NCBI GenBank assembly: GCA_023920165.1
Contig: CP089280.1
Span: forward strand, 620,001 to 684,000
Direction: 5' to 3'
Length of the DNA stretch: 64,000 nucleotides
From: Curvularia clavata
Lineage: Eukaryota
Each line of letters starts with the position of its first letter. Positions within the stretch are counted from its first letter, which is position 1. The position numbers were made by a program, and so were the translations under genes. Of this stretch, positions 14,001 to 26,139 are shown piece by piece. A model generated the notes under the pieces. That model saw only the letters and a list, made by a program, of their open reading frames with translations, was not told the origin of the DNA and ran no database searches.

Positions 14001-14984
14001 GGTGATGTTCCTTGCATCCTACAACCCTCCCGGTTTCTGTTCGGCGGTACTCGTACACGTATCGTGAATCCTACACTGGCCAAAACCAGAAAGTGCCCCA
14101 GGGCCTCGATGTTCGGGACGGGTGATTAGCCAATTGAGGACCCTGGTCTTTATCCTTCCCGCATACAGTCTGGTAATCGCCGACTTCGTAGCCCCCAGAT
14201 ACAATAGTTCATCAGCAGCCACTGAAGTCTCTTACTGGCTTGCAGTCCATGATGTAGAGATAGCAGTGTCTTCTGCCATCAGTAATCAGCCAGCCCCATG
14301 CGATCCGGATGCGCGCGGACTCCGTATTGAGCGCTCAAATAGGATAATTCCCCATTCTATTCCAGAACATTGTGACGGTGGTTGTTGTCTTGCCCGCTCT
14401 GATGGCATATGTATACCCAAGTCTCTTTTTTTTATGGCCCTCTTTTCGTCGGTTGCATTTGGTGCTTTGAAGAATCTGCGACGGACACAAAGCCGTCTCT
14501 TCCTAAGGCCGAATCTCCACCTTGGAGAGGATCGCTAGAATTCTCGCCCTATGGGAATCAATTGCACCATGCATGCGGTGGGGCGTCTTCCGCTTGTGGA
14601 CGATCTTCGTAGCAACTGACCAGCATTCTCGATTGTATGGAAAAGAAATGGTGTGCTGTCGAAAGTGTGAAAAAGAAGTGTCGGTCGTAGCTGTCGCTCA
14701 AGCACACCTATTCGTAAGCGTGGGGGTGAACGTCGTCCACTGCTGCACGTGCGGGTGAGAACGGCACATGCACGCCACGAATGCACACGAAAATTTCTTT
14801 TTCCGCGAAGGTTACATGGCGGAACGGCCCAGTTGTGTTTCTTTAGTAACTCGAGGGACTAGCAGAGGGAAGAATTCCATCCCATGTGATCATGTCGAGG
14901 CCGTAATCCAAGACATTTCGTGACTGAGCAGGCCCAGGTTCTTGCTTCACACCATAACCCATCATCTTCGACACAAGATCGTCT

Positions 14985-16028
14985 CTAAACTACTTTGAAC
15001 TTGAATGGATCCGAGACATCAAGAAGCATGTGCTCACTGGTTCCTCTCCATCTCGCTTCTTTTTCTTTTTCTTCGCCAGCCAGTAACTCTTCTTTTGTTC
15101 CCCTCCTCCAGTTCGAGAAGGCCTCAAACAGTTTTTTGCTAATCCTTGCTGTGTAAGATTGGCCACTTTCAAGCTCCTCCAGTTCGCCACCACTTGAAGT
15201 CTTCTTGTCAAGCTTTCTCAGCCAAAACCTCCTTCCAAAGGGTACATTGGGAATGAGCTCCTCGAACATGTCATCCGAAGGGAATGACTCACTACCTTCG
15301 AAACAGCCTATACCATAGGGCCATTCCGCCTTTTCCCCTTGCTCGTTAACAATATACGCGATTTCTTCTAAGCCATGTAGCTCCTTTAGTGGCGTCTTAT
15401 GCAAACACACTGTAACAACCTTTTCGTCATGCGACACAACCTGGAGTGTGAACCCAAAGCATGGCTCGCCGCTCAGATGACATGTATCCGCCGTTGACGA
15501 CAGTGATATGGACAGCTGCAGTGGAGTTGCAGCACTATCAAGTACATTGAGTTTGATTGGTCTTGGCAACAAGCGCACTGGCAGTCGCTCGGGAGAGTTT
15601 TGTCGATCTTTTCCACGAAATGCCCATGGGAATTCCCTGTCATCCCGCCAACGGATATGATATTTGTGACCTGGTGTGAGGAGTTGCGTCCAGAAATCTC
15701 TATGGAAATCAATCTTCAGGTCGAACCATCGGTTCCGTGCTCCGGCTTCGACGAGTAATTTACCAGTTTTCTCATCAACCGAAGGTACGAGGACATTTTC
15801 GTTTGTGTCCACATCAAGAAGGTCAACGAGACCTCCTTGCAACGCGAGTGAAAGACTGAAAGTTTCTGTCGATGCATCGTAGCCTGGAATAACTAGCGTA
15901 GCTGCATGCGAGACGTCATGCATCTGAATTTGTAAGGTAGGTGTGGTGCCTGAAAAGCCTTTGTTGCGAAGCTGAAGAGAAAGACTGCCATTAAGGTACA
16001 ACGATATGGCAGGACCATTGTCGGCCAT
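14985..16028 (-). CDS. Hypothetical protein (347 aa), possibly two tandem copies of one domain
   Basis: Single long ORF with protein-like composition; similar motifs LTPGHKYHI..W..G and LESGQSYTA..W..G in the two halves. Confidence 0.7.
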   Translation of the reverse strand: MADNGPAISLYLNGSLSLQLRNKGFSGTTPTLQIQMHDVSHAATLVIPGYDASTETFSLSLALQGGLVDLLDVDTNENVLVPSVDEKTGKLLVEAGARNRWFDLKIDFHRDFWTQLLTPGHKYHIRWRDDREFPWAFRGKDRQNSPERLPVRLLPRPIKLNVLDSAATPLQLSISLSSTADTCHLSGEPCFGFTLQVVSHDEKVVTVCLHKTPLKELHGLEEIAYIVNEQGEKAEWPYGIGCFEGSESFPSDDMFEELIPNVPFGRRFWLRKLDKKTSSGGELEELESGQSYTARISKKLFEAFSNWRRGTKEELLAGEEKEKEARWRGTSEHMLLDVSDPFKFKVV

Positions 16029-16907
16029 GTTTTATGATGCTTTGATGTATGCTCATCTACTTGATCGATGTTGAGATTTATCGAAATGTTTCGCTTGCTG
16101 ATGGGCAAAAGTGAATCAAAGGCTTCCTATGTGGCTGCGACAGCTTGACGCGGCAAGGCTGTACGAAAGTCGATTCTTTAGCGAGCTATGTCACATGCAA
16201 CTTACTGTCTCACCCGTTGCGGAAGAGGAAGAAACCTATAAACCCCTTGTTGACAACCTCAATTGAGGCGCAAGGCAGACATCAAACCTCACATGGTACG
16301 ACGTTTGTTTTTGCGATGATCTCAGCCACCGAGGCGATCAAAGCCTCAATACGGAAACCAAGAGTTTGCGACAAGTTTTCCCCTCATGACTACTGTGGGA
16401 TATCAGTGCCGTGTTTAAGGTTTGCGATGCTACAGTGAAAATGCATCTGTTGAAGATCTTTGCCACAATTCGCTCTTACCAATGTATGCAAGCATCCTGT
16501 AGCATATCGGAATCCGCCAATTATTGAAACTTCTGGCCCTGTTCGTCACAACTCATCACATACAGTCCCAGTTACATCCTTGCGTGCTTTTCAAAGCCAC
16601 ATCCTATGCTTGAACTGCACACAGAAGGGATCCTAGCCAGACAAATGATTGTCTAACTTTTTTCAGCTACCGTAGTGACTGCCCATTTATGCTGCGGCGT
16701 TCATGAACTGTACATGTTATGGCCTGTGGGTAGCTTAGCCTCCTATTGTCATTGCCTTTCGGACTGTTCTTTGGAGGTCTAGTCTTGCGCAAGAAAACAT
16801 TCGCAAAGGCGCGTATTGCAAACCATTTTCAGGTTGTCACACTAGCACTAACTGATTGCCGTCGCAACACCCTCTCAAAACGTAAACATCCTTTGATCCC
16901 CATAACT

Positions 16908-18566
16908 TCACAACTCAAGTTTAAAACCCCCATTACATCCCCTCTGAAACAAGCCCTCAGGATCAACCTCTCGACTGACCCTCCGGAGAAAATTGAAATT
17001 CTCTTGCCCATACCCACCAAACGGCTTCTGCCACTTTGCGCAGTAGTTCAAGTACCGATATCTATGCATTGTTCCCTTTTCCCTGGCAAAAGCATCTATT
17101 TGCTCAATCGCCTCTCTAGTGATATCCCGCACTACCTCATCGTCCTTATTCAAGGCCCAATTAACTGTGAAACTGACAACCACTAACGGCTCGTCATCAC
17201 CTTCGTCTAGTCCCATCGGGTTGGCGTCGCCCCTGCGCATCCAGCATGGCAGCAATGGCTGAACTACGAGAGTCCAGCTCATTCCCTTGATGTTATGCCG
17301 CTTGATCTTCTTTATAGCATCGCGATACGCTATGTGCGCTGCGAACAACGTGTCTTTGTCGTTCTTTACCGTTGTTGTAGCAAACTCCTGACGGCGTTGC
17401 GGAGGATTCACAGCATTCAGCTCATCCGTTGCGTCGCTTAAGGTCCTCACTTTGCACGTACTCCAGACACGCCATATATTTTTGAAGCTGGAATTGAGCC
17501 AATTAGCTGGCCATTTTGAGTTCGTGACATCAGGCGATGTTTGCACAATGTTCACGGCGACAACTTGGATGCCGAGAGCCTGGAGGTAAGTAAAGCAAGC
17601 CAACGGACCAGCGCCCTGAGGATCAAATTGTGGGTCTAGTCCACTGGAACCGGGTCGCGCAACAACGGAGTGAAATGCAGAGAGAATCTTTGGAGCTTGC
17701 CAACCCAGGTAGTAGACAAAGCCGCTCCATATGTGTGTGCATGGAAAAGTGCGAGCAGTGAAGCGTGTTACGATACCAAAGTTGTTCCCTCCGCCTTTTA
17801 GTGCGCGCCAAAGATCTGGATTGTTTTGCTCCGATGCCGTGACAACAGATCCATCTGCAAGCACAATCTCGTATTCGATAATGTTGCTGCAAACAAACCC
17901 ATGCTGAGGTGAGAAGAACGACAGACCTCCACCAAGTGCCAGTCCCGCCACACCAACAGCCGAGTTTCGTCCGCCTACGACAGCAACACCATCTTTCTCT
18001 AGGGTTGAATAAACATCGATCCACCGGCAACCTGCACCAATCACAGTACTCTTCTTGTCTTCAGCAAGGACAACTTGTTTGAAGAGGCTGAGATCAATCA
18101 GTACCCCACCTGCGATACTTGACGCGCCCTCCACAGCGGAGTGGCCTCCTCCTCGAACCGCAAAAACAGGTTCCAGGTCCTCTTTCGACTCCCCAGATTG
18201 CTGGATCCGTCGATCAAACTCCTGTCTTAATATCTTGACGGCTTGCACCAACTCCCAGACATTACGTGGTCGCACCACACACGATGGCTGAGCTTCGCAT
18301 GCTTTCCGGTCCCAATACGCATTCGTAGATGTTAGAAACTCTTCGGGACTATCGGGTGTGATGACAATGTGCGGAATAGTCGCGACGAGTCTGTTTCGCA
18401 ATTGGCGTGCAGACGCACTCAAACCGTCATTGGACCTTATGCGACCGGGCTTTTCGGCGTGTGCCTCACGCTCAAGTTGAGATGTGTGTTCGGCCAGGCG
18501 CTTCCGCACATACACAGAGGCGAGGAGAATTGCAATGCAGGTGTATGCGACCCATGAGAGTGCCAT
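16908..18566 (-). CDS. FAD-linked oxidoreductase (berberine-bridge-enzyme/VAO family) with N-terminal membrane anchor
   Basis: RGGGH covalent-FAD motif, GVAGLALGGG, DLWRALKGGGNNFGIVT, YLNY, DPEGLFQ..GGFKL; start taken at MALSWVAY. Confidence 0.92.
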   Translation of the reverse strand: MALSWVAYTCIAILLASVYVRKRLAEHTSQLEREAHAEKPGRIRSNDGLSASARQLRNRLVATIPHIVITPDSPEEFLTSTNAYWDRKACEAQPSCVVRPRNVWELVQAVKILRQEFDRRIQQSGESKEDLEPVFAVRGGGHSAVEGASSIAGGVLIDLSLFKQVVLAEDKKSTVIGAGCRWIDVYSTLEKDGVAVVGGRNSAVGVAGLALGGGLSFFSPQHGFVCSNIIEYEIVLADGSVVTASEQNNPDLWRALKGGGNNFGIVTRFTARTFPCTHIWSGFVYYLGWQAPKILSAFHSVVARPGSSGLDPQFDPQGAGPLACFTYLQALGIQVVAVNIVQTSPDVTNSKWPANWLNSSFKNIWRVWSTCKVRTLSDATDELNAVNPPQRRQEFATTTVKNDKDTLFAAHIAYRDAIKKIKRHNIKGMSWTLVVQPLLPCWMRRGDANPMGLDEGDDEPLVVVSFTVNWALNKDDEVVRDITREAIEQIDAFAREKGTMHRYRYLNYCAKWQKPFGGYGQENFNFLRRVSREVDPEGLFQRGCNGGFKLEL

Positions 18567-19123
18567 TGTTAAGAAAAAGCTGAATTGAGGTTTGGAATTG
18601 TAGTTCGCTCGGAAACAGTATGTGTAGACGTCATGTATCAACCCCAGTCACTAAGCTTGGCAAGTGTCGGCCTAGCGCACGCTGTGCAACGACAGGGGAA
18701 AAGAAAAAATAAATTAAATCCAGGGCATCATATGAATATGGCTCAATTCACTGTGAAAGCCTTGAGGCGGGGCGTGTTGTCGGTCGGCGGAATCCGCAAG
18801 GGTTGCCAGCAGCTAGAAAATGTCCGGTGAGACTGTTCAATTATGGTGCATAAGTCTATGCGTACCCTGGAATTCGTGTGTTCTTCTAAGTACAAGATTA
18901 AACCTATTAAACGACGCAATTGCAACATAGACGTAGAAAGAGTGCCTCGTGACACCACATGAATTGCGCAGCTCTACCTTCCACATCTTGAGCTCGTTAA
19001 AGACCAAGCTTTCTTTCATCGACGAGGAAGCATGAGCGGAGCAAGTCATATGGTCCGGTGTATCTTAAGCGTCGGAAAAAAAACCCCCAAAAGCCGGTAA
19101 ACCCCCTAGCCTTTGTAACTCAA

Positions 19124-22100
19124 TCATATTCCAGCTTCCGGACACCATTTCTTGACCCATTGATCAAGCACTTTTGGCCCCAATGGTTTCGTCAGAAACT
19201 CATCTGCACCGGCCTCTTCTGCATTCTTGCGATCATTGGGTGAATCTTGTCCGGTTATGATGAACAACACGCTTTTCTCCCATCCATTTTCATCCTCCAT
19301 TTGTCGGATCTGCCGAGTCGCGTCGATGCCATCGCATTCGGGCATTTGTAAATCCATTAGGACCAGTTCAAACGCTTGTGCAGGTACATCCTTTTGCAGC
19401 AGAGCATCATATTTATTTACTACTGCCTCCGAGAAGATCTTGACAGCTTGTCGCCCATCTTTTGCTGTCCGATATGGAAAGCCGCGTCGTTCGCAGTACA
19501 TCTCTAATATACGGAGATTAACAGTGTTGTCATCGACCAGCAGTGTCCATGGTTTTTTCGGATCTGCGCCTGGTTTGCTAGCAAGTAATGAAGGATCAGA
19601 TCCTATCGCTAGATTTTGTAGTGATTCTGCAAGCTGTCTTTGCGTCTGTTTGGGAATTTTAGGGCTTCGTTTTCCAGATTTTACAGCGCGGGGAGTCGTG
19701 TTTTGAACTGCCGATAGGAGCTTAGGCGCAATAACAACCTCGGGAAATGAACTGTCTCGGAGATCTACGATGGATTGTTGAGCCTCTACCAAAATTGTTG
19801 CAACAAGCTCCATTGCTTGCAATAGTTGCTCGGTCAAAAATGGCCCTTGGATATACACAGCATTGTTTTGTCGTCTGACCCGTTCATTTTCAAAGTCGGG
19901 GAAAGTCGCGTGTTCAGGTACTAGGCAAATGATAACCTGCTCGGTGCCGACACTAGCCAACTGTTGGTAAAATTGAGCAAGGTCGGAATTGTAATCTATG
20001 ACTACAAGGCTCTCGCTCTTTTCTTTTGACTCCAGCCAACCGGCATTTGAAAGCCAATGACTGAAGTAATTCCCGAGGGAAGGCATTGCGGATGCTGACG
20101 CGAGGCGGTAGAACTTCTGTGGGAATGAGGTTTGTCCTTCTTGGGTAGGGCAAAGTGGTGAAATCGAACTCGCGCAGATGGGGTTGTTGAAAACAGCCCT
20201 AGCATGTGAACCTGCATCATGCTTTGGAGACAACATCGAAACTTCTCCATCCAGAAGGGCTGCAGCTTTACAGGCTATGGTCAGACCTAACGCACATTCG
20301 GCAGTGGTCAGATCATCCTTTCCATAGACATCGGTCAGTGTTTCGTAGTGAGACTTGGCTGAGTCGATCCCACTGTGATAGATGTCCACCGCCAGGAACT
20401 GGTAATCATCGTCGACTGTCAACGTTACTGCTACAACACCACCGGCAGACTGTTGTGTGGCATGCACTACGAGCGGTTGGATACAGTCCAGGAAAACTCG
20501 CAGATCTGTCACCAGCATATCGCATCTTTTCGGGAAACGATGCGAAATTATGATAGATGGCCTAATCGACAGATCATCGGGCAATCTCACCAGGACCTCG
20601 TGGAGAAGAGCGGTTTCAATGCCCGCGATTCTGTGAAGCGTCATGACTCGCTCTGCCTGCGCAATCTCGGCCCACTGATTCAGTTTGATGAGACTGTTCA
20701 CGGTCGAGATGAGTTCTCTGGCTGAGGTCTTGATCGTTTGCACGTAAGTGTAGAGATCCAATTGTTCTGTTTCTGGGCCTCCACTGCGCGTACATGCAGC
20801 AGACGGAGGGATAGCATTATGTGCCTTGATAGCTTCAGTCAAAAGCTCTGCAGAGCCGAGAATACCGTGTATCGGCGTTCGCAGTTGATGTGTGATACCT
20901 CGGAGGAAGGACTCCTTGGTCGCAAGTGCTTCTTGAAGTGCACGACTTTGCCAGTATCGGCATAAGATCATCTGCGTTTTGAATTGGTGGTTAGCAGTTG
21001 CTATATATATGATTTGTCTTCGATTGCTACGTACAGCACATGTTTGCACGAACCAGGAATCCACATCGTCAAAGACTCTTTTCAAGTCATTGCAGGCTAC
21101 GACAAGGAATGTCGGCACGCATTGACTGGCGCATTTTACTGCAACCGCGCGTACTGGCCGAGACGCTGTCATGTCAAGATGGTTTAGCTGTTTTATGGCA
21201 TAGTCGAAATATTCGGTATCTTCCCACAGCCCTTGCTCAAGGTCGCCAGTAGAAAAGGCCGTATCGCTCTCGAACGAAATGCTGCCATCTTTCGTTCGTT
21301 TGATAGTCACTTCCATACTTGGATATATCTCTTGGAGCATCTTTGGAATTTCTTCCTCCATGTTGGCGTGCTCATCACAGAGCCGTTGAGCGTCGCAGAT
21401 TAGCTCCAACATGCGCCTGCGTTCCTTTTGACGTCTAGCTCTCGCACTGTGAACAATGTCGGAGACAATAGCATCTGCAAGGCGTACTAGGGCCTGCTGC
21501 ACAGTTGGAGCGAGTCGCTCTTGAGGGGAGTTTGAAGCAACACACAGGGAACCAAAAGCCACATGCTGTCCAAATTCGGTCTCGAATTTCAGTGGTACGC
21601 CAGCGTACGATCGTAATCCTCCTATTTCAACATGAGGCGACTTTTCGAAACGCCAGTCAGCGGCCATGTTATGCAAGGCGAATAAGCTCTACGATCATTA
21701 GCCACCAAACATGTAGGGATCAACGGTTACCCACGTCTGGTTTTTGGTTGATGGTGTGGGCACAAGTACTTTCGCGGCGCGGTAAGATGGCGAGTGGGAG
21801 ATTTGCAGTAACCAGACGGGTATAGGTATTGTGGCTTAATAGGCCAGCAATAGCAAATTCCCACCCAACTATTTCACTAGCAAGAAGGACCTTTTCTTGC
21901 AAACGGGACATGAGCTCTTGATCCTCCAATACCCCACGGGTATAGTAATAGAGCATAGTTAGTCTCAGTCTCTCATTCCGCGACAGGACCGGGAAGAGGT
22001 AGCGGCCAGAATGGGATGAACGAGGACATTGCGCCTTGATGGGAACAGGCGCAGCGGCGTAAACATCGCTTCTGCTCGGATACACAGACTCGAGTTCTTC

Positions 22101-22262
22101 TTCGGTCCAGGCATCAAGTGGAATATCGGCATGTTCGGGGTCCAAGATGGGAGCAGTAGTGGTAGGGCGGTCGGCTAAAACTGGCGCAGCATGTCTGGAT
22201 GTCAGAACAGCCGCGTCAGCCTTTGGAAAGAAAGCAGCACGCTGAACGGCCACAGAAGGCAT
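19124..22262 (-). CDS. Hybrid histidine-kinase-like protein (GAF-HisKA-degenerate HATPase-receiver)
   Basis: GAF (PRRESTCAHT..DWRFEKSPHV..YAGVPL..GSLCV), H-box THQLRTPIHGILG, receiver VDDN..LMDLQMP..ITG..KP; introns ~21735-21691 and 21034-20972. Confidence 0.88.
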
Positions 22263-23903
22263 CGAGTTGTTTGCAACACGTCGTTTTGCTCAGCATTGAG
22301 GATACAACAGTGCTAAACGGTATGCATAGGACGGGCGGGGATCACTGCGGAAACTAGTTGCTCTCAGCGTTGGCGCAACTCGAGTCGGACCGGAAGGTTG
22401 GGGATGAAAATAACGTGATAAAGCGCTTGCAACGCTCGTTGCAGTCGAGAACTGAGATTGCGATAGCTGATGTAGCATGTCGAAATCTGTTTCTGCACTT
22501 GGGTTCTTTTCCCTGCACGCGCGGAATATCGGCAGTTGTTCCATGTTCAGCCCCGAAGCCGAGGGCAATCGATCGATGTCGCTGCAGTCTGAGTCTGCAT
22601 CGCCGATGGAATCTTCGAACGGGTACAGCAGCCAGCAATAGCGTCGATCGGAGAAGAAAGTGGCTGAAGTTACAGGTATCGCAAAAGAAACTCGGGTCGC
22701 GGGATTTTCCGTTTCGTCCTATTGGCTGCTGATTGTCTCATCTGATTTACGTTGTCTGCACTATGGTGATATTGACCCGTTACCCTGTTCAGGCTCATGG
22801 TAAACCGCACCATGGCGATTCCTCGAACATGTTAGCTGCACCATTGATCATCTATGGGGTAGTCGCACGGGCCAATTCACATACTGCCGGCTAACTGGCC
22901 GAGGTGCAGGTGAGCCGGCAGCTATCAGGGTGTGAAGAACCGTTGCGGCTCGAGAACGCCAGCTTCTACTAAATATCTACTATAGTTAACAAGAGCTCGG
23001 AAACTTCCACGATATAGCCTTCCTTTGGACAGGAGAAATTAGCCTCCGCTTGGTCTGCAGCGTCCCCTGCTCCCAAACTTGACTCTCTTGAAGGAATCTC
23101 AAAAAAACGTCTGACCCTGTCACCCTCGTGTCATATCCAGCTGCCAAGCGGTCCAGATTCGCAGCGAAAGAACTGTATTGCTGGGGACATATAGATTGGC
23201 CCATTCTTCCAATCTGTATGCAGCAGGGAATCGGACGATATCTGGGGAATCGGCCTTATGAACCTCTCATCCTGCTGACACGGACGTCGTGCCCTGTTTT
23301 CATCGAGCCATGTTCTGGGTGCGCTGGATCGAATGAGTTGCATTCTCGATCTGTATGAGTGACTGGCAACATTTGTGTCATGTTCTGGACTCGCGCTCCC
23401 ATTCATGGGCTGATTGTGTAGAGTTAGCAAGTAATGCCCCATGTGCATAATGATCCTCCTGCTCTGTTGCGTTCTAGTGTACTTCCTATGATGACCGTCC
23501 CCATGCAGGCCATGCAAATTCGCCAGGTTTTACCATTGATTTGGCATATTCCTCTCCAAAATAGAGGGTGTCGTGTTCTTCCTCAAGCTCTGTCGAGTGA
23601 AGCGCGGATCTGACAAAAACCATAACAGTACAATGTGTACACTGATTCAAATGACCTTGTACAGGATGATTGCTTCTTCAGTTTGAGCTCGGGGGTCCAG
23701 AGAGGATGCACGTGCTCATTATCTACACAATGAATAGCAAACTTGCTGTACAACATACACGAGGAGAACACAATGAGACCATACACAGTGGCAGGAAAGG
23801 GAATTTAAGTATTTTCTGTAGATAATTTCTATTTCAACATACTTTAACCCTAACTACGACTTTCTCAACTTTCGAAGATACATTCGATAAAACAAACCTC
23901 GCC

Positions 23904-25922
23904 ATGTCTTACCGTGAAGTAGAAGATGAAGTTGACTTTGGCGACGACGAGTTGAACACGGCCCGTCAGGTCATCCCAAAAGTACAAACTACTCACCAAG
24001 AGGACAGCAGTATGAAAGATAGATCTTTGGCCGAGTATCGGGTACAAAAAAACTATGAATCGGACTCTCAGGATGGAGGCAGTCAGAAGGGATGTTACCC
24101 CGGCTATGATGCGGAACCTGAGGTGACCGGCAATGAGTCTCCGTCATCGAATGCGAGCAATGTGGGTGACGCATTCTACGAAGAGTTTGTCGACTACGAA
24201 GCATACGCTCAAGCTCAGGATGCCAGTGCTGGACACCTACCATCCGATGAGGGGGGTTCCAACAACAACGACATGGACGATCCTGAGGAAGGAAGCGACT
24301 CTGAATCAGACTCTCAGGATGGAAGCATTAGACATCCGCCATCCGATGTGAGTGGCTCTGACGAAAACATGCTCGGCGCTTCAGAGCATCGCGGCAATCC
24401 TGAGGATGCCGAAGACGCCCATGATTCCGACTCTCAGAATACCAGCGTCCGATATCCGCCGTCTGACTCCGACGAAGACATGCTCACCTCCTCACAGCGT
24501 TTTGATGGTCATGAGAATGCAGATCTCGACAATGAATTGTATGAACTTGCACGGCCTCCATCTCCTATGAGCACTGATGCCGAGGTTGAAGACATTGAGA
24601 TGAATGAGACAGCTTCAGGACAAGTAGCTACGTCTTTCCATTCCGAAATGTCTGAAGTAGAGACATATCCAGTCATGTCTGACGACCTGTCTGAGACAGC
24701 TGCACAGCGAGTCCAACTTCTCACTCTTAAAAGCCGAATCTCTCCATTTGACCGCATTCCATCATCACCGCCACAAACCGCATACAAAGCAAGAGCAAAC
24801 CCCAAATTTGTGATTGATTTCGGTGTTGATACAAACGACCTAGCGCCTCTAAAGCCCGACACAGATATGTCTGAAGCTCCCCTACAGCCCGCACCACCGA
24901 AGACCCAGAACACCATGGAGTATCAATCAGAGCTTGAGCCTGCTCTCCGTAGCCCCAAAGAAGCGTGTGGGATCACCAACCCTGCGTCACAAGCCAACCA
25001 GGACGTTCAGATAGACGTACCAGCAGACACCAAGACTGCAACTTTGGCAGTACAAGTTCCCTCATTCTCACCGACATTCAACTTTGACTTCAAGAAGTCC
25101 CCTACCATTACCTTTCCGGCCTTACAAAGCTTCAATCCTCGCGCTTGGAACACTCCTTTCAACTTCTCGCCAGAAGAACCCGTCGGAGAGCCCCAGCGTT
25201 CAGTTCCTACAGACGAAGCTGGATCCTCTGAGAAAGAAAGGTGCGTCGAAGAGCAGAACTCACCAGAACCCAAGCTCTCTCACCCCAGCAGCTACAAAGA
25301 CGCCGGCGCCCAAATCAGTCGTGCTACATCATCTGCCCAGACCCAAACTCCTCAAGAGTGGGTCGCCACGGATACCTCGCGCGAGGCTGAGCGGAAACGC
25401 AAACTCCTCGCTGCCATGGAGGGGTTTGCCGAGCGAGAAGCAGCCTGGCAGGACAAAAGCGACGCTTTCACTGCCAAATTTGAAGCATACTTTGAGCAGT
25501 TGAAAGCCGAGCGGGCAGAGCGCGTTGCCCGACATGCCAAAAGCCGAGCGGAGCGTGCCAAACGGCATGCTGAAATGGACGCGCGCCATGCTGAATGGAA
25601 GAGGACTCAAGCGGAGCGGGATGAGCGGTTGCTCAAGGCGCAAGAAGAACTGGTTCATTGTGTGGTCAGGGGCCACGCGCGCATGGTAGCCCATCTGGCT
25701 AGATGCGAGGCCTTTTATGCCAAGATAGATGGCTATCAGCCACCGGATTTCTTGGACGAGCGTATCAAGGAGCTTTTGGCTCGTCCTTTGGGTAGATCAG
25801 AGGATGTTCAGAAGATAGTGGATGAGGCGGAAGCTGCTGTCGCTGAGTGGAACGCCCGCTATGAGGCCCACGTAGCCAAGGTTCAGGCTCTTGGTGAAAA
25901 GATCAAGGCCGTCAAGCTATGA
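23904..25922 (+). CDS. Hypothetical acidic, disordered protein with C-terminal coiled coil (672 aa)
   Basis: 2-kb uninterrupted ORF; D/E/S-rich N-terminus with internal repeats and an A/E/R-rich helical C-terminus. Confidence 0.75.
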   Translation: MSYREVEDEVDFGDDELNTARQVIPKVQTTHQEDSSMKDRSLAEYRVQKNYESDSQDGGSQKGCYPGYDAEPEVTGNESPSSNASNVGDAFYEEFVDYEAYAQAQDASAGHLPSDEGGSNNNDMDDPEEGSDSESDSQDGSIRHPPSDVSGSDENMLGASEHRGNPEDAEDAHDSDSQNTSVRYPPSDSDEDMLTSSQRFDGHENADLDNELYELARPPSPMSTDAEVEDIEMNETASGQVATSFHSEMSEVETYPVMSDDLSETAAQRVQLLTLKSRISPFDRIPSSPPQTAYKARANPKFVIDFGVDTNDLAPLKPDTDMSEAPLQPAPPKTQNTMEYQSELEPALRSPKEACGITNPASQANQDVQIDVPADTKTATLAVQVPSFSPTFNFDFKKSPTITFPALQSFNPRAWNTPFNFSPEEPVGEPQRSVPTDEAGSSEKERCVEEQNSPEPKLSHPSSYKDAGAQISRATSSAQTQTPQEWVATDTSREAERKRKLLAAMEGFAEREAAWQDKSDAFTAKFEAYFEQLKAERAERVARHAKSRAERAKRHAEMDARHAEWKRTQAERDERLLKAQEELVHCVVRGHARMVAHLARCEAFYAKIDGYQPPDFLDERIKELLARPLGRSEDVQKIVDEAEAAVAEWNARYEAHVAKVQALGEKIKAVKL

Positions 25923-26139
25923 TTCTTTTAGAGAAGGGAGGAGAAGGGAGCGTTGTGACATGTACGAGGCTGACAGAGCCGGTCTTCAAAGCAAATGTGT
26001 AGGATGTCGTGTAGTTAATTGAGATTTTCATCATTGAGTACATCTATGCGTCTGAAAGTCTAGCCGTGCTATGTATCCAACATTCCATAATACATTGTAT
26101 TTGCCCCAATCTTCTCTATTTTAGAAAAGCCAAGCCAAA

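Noticed and set aside
11100..14900. Many 60-140 aa ORFs upstream of the TmpL-like gene
   Set aside because: They overlap, lack motifs and give no consistent splice model; treated as non-coding, though a degraded pseudogene near 13800-14700 cannot be excluded.
23845..23854. Telomere-like TAACCCTAAC
   Set aside because: Fewer than two units; expected by chance.
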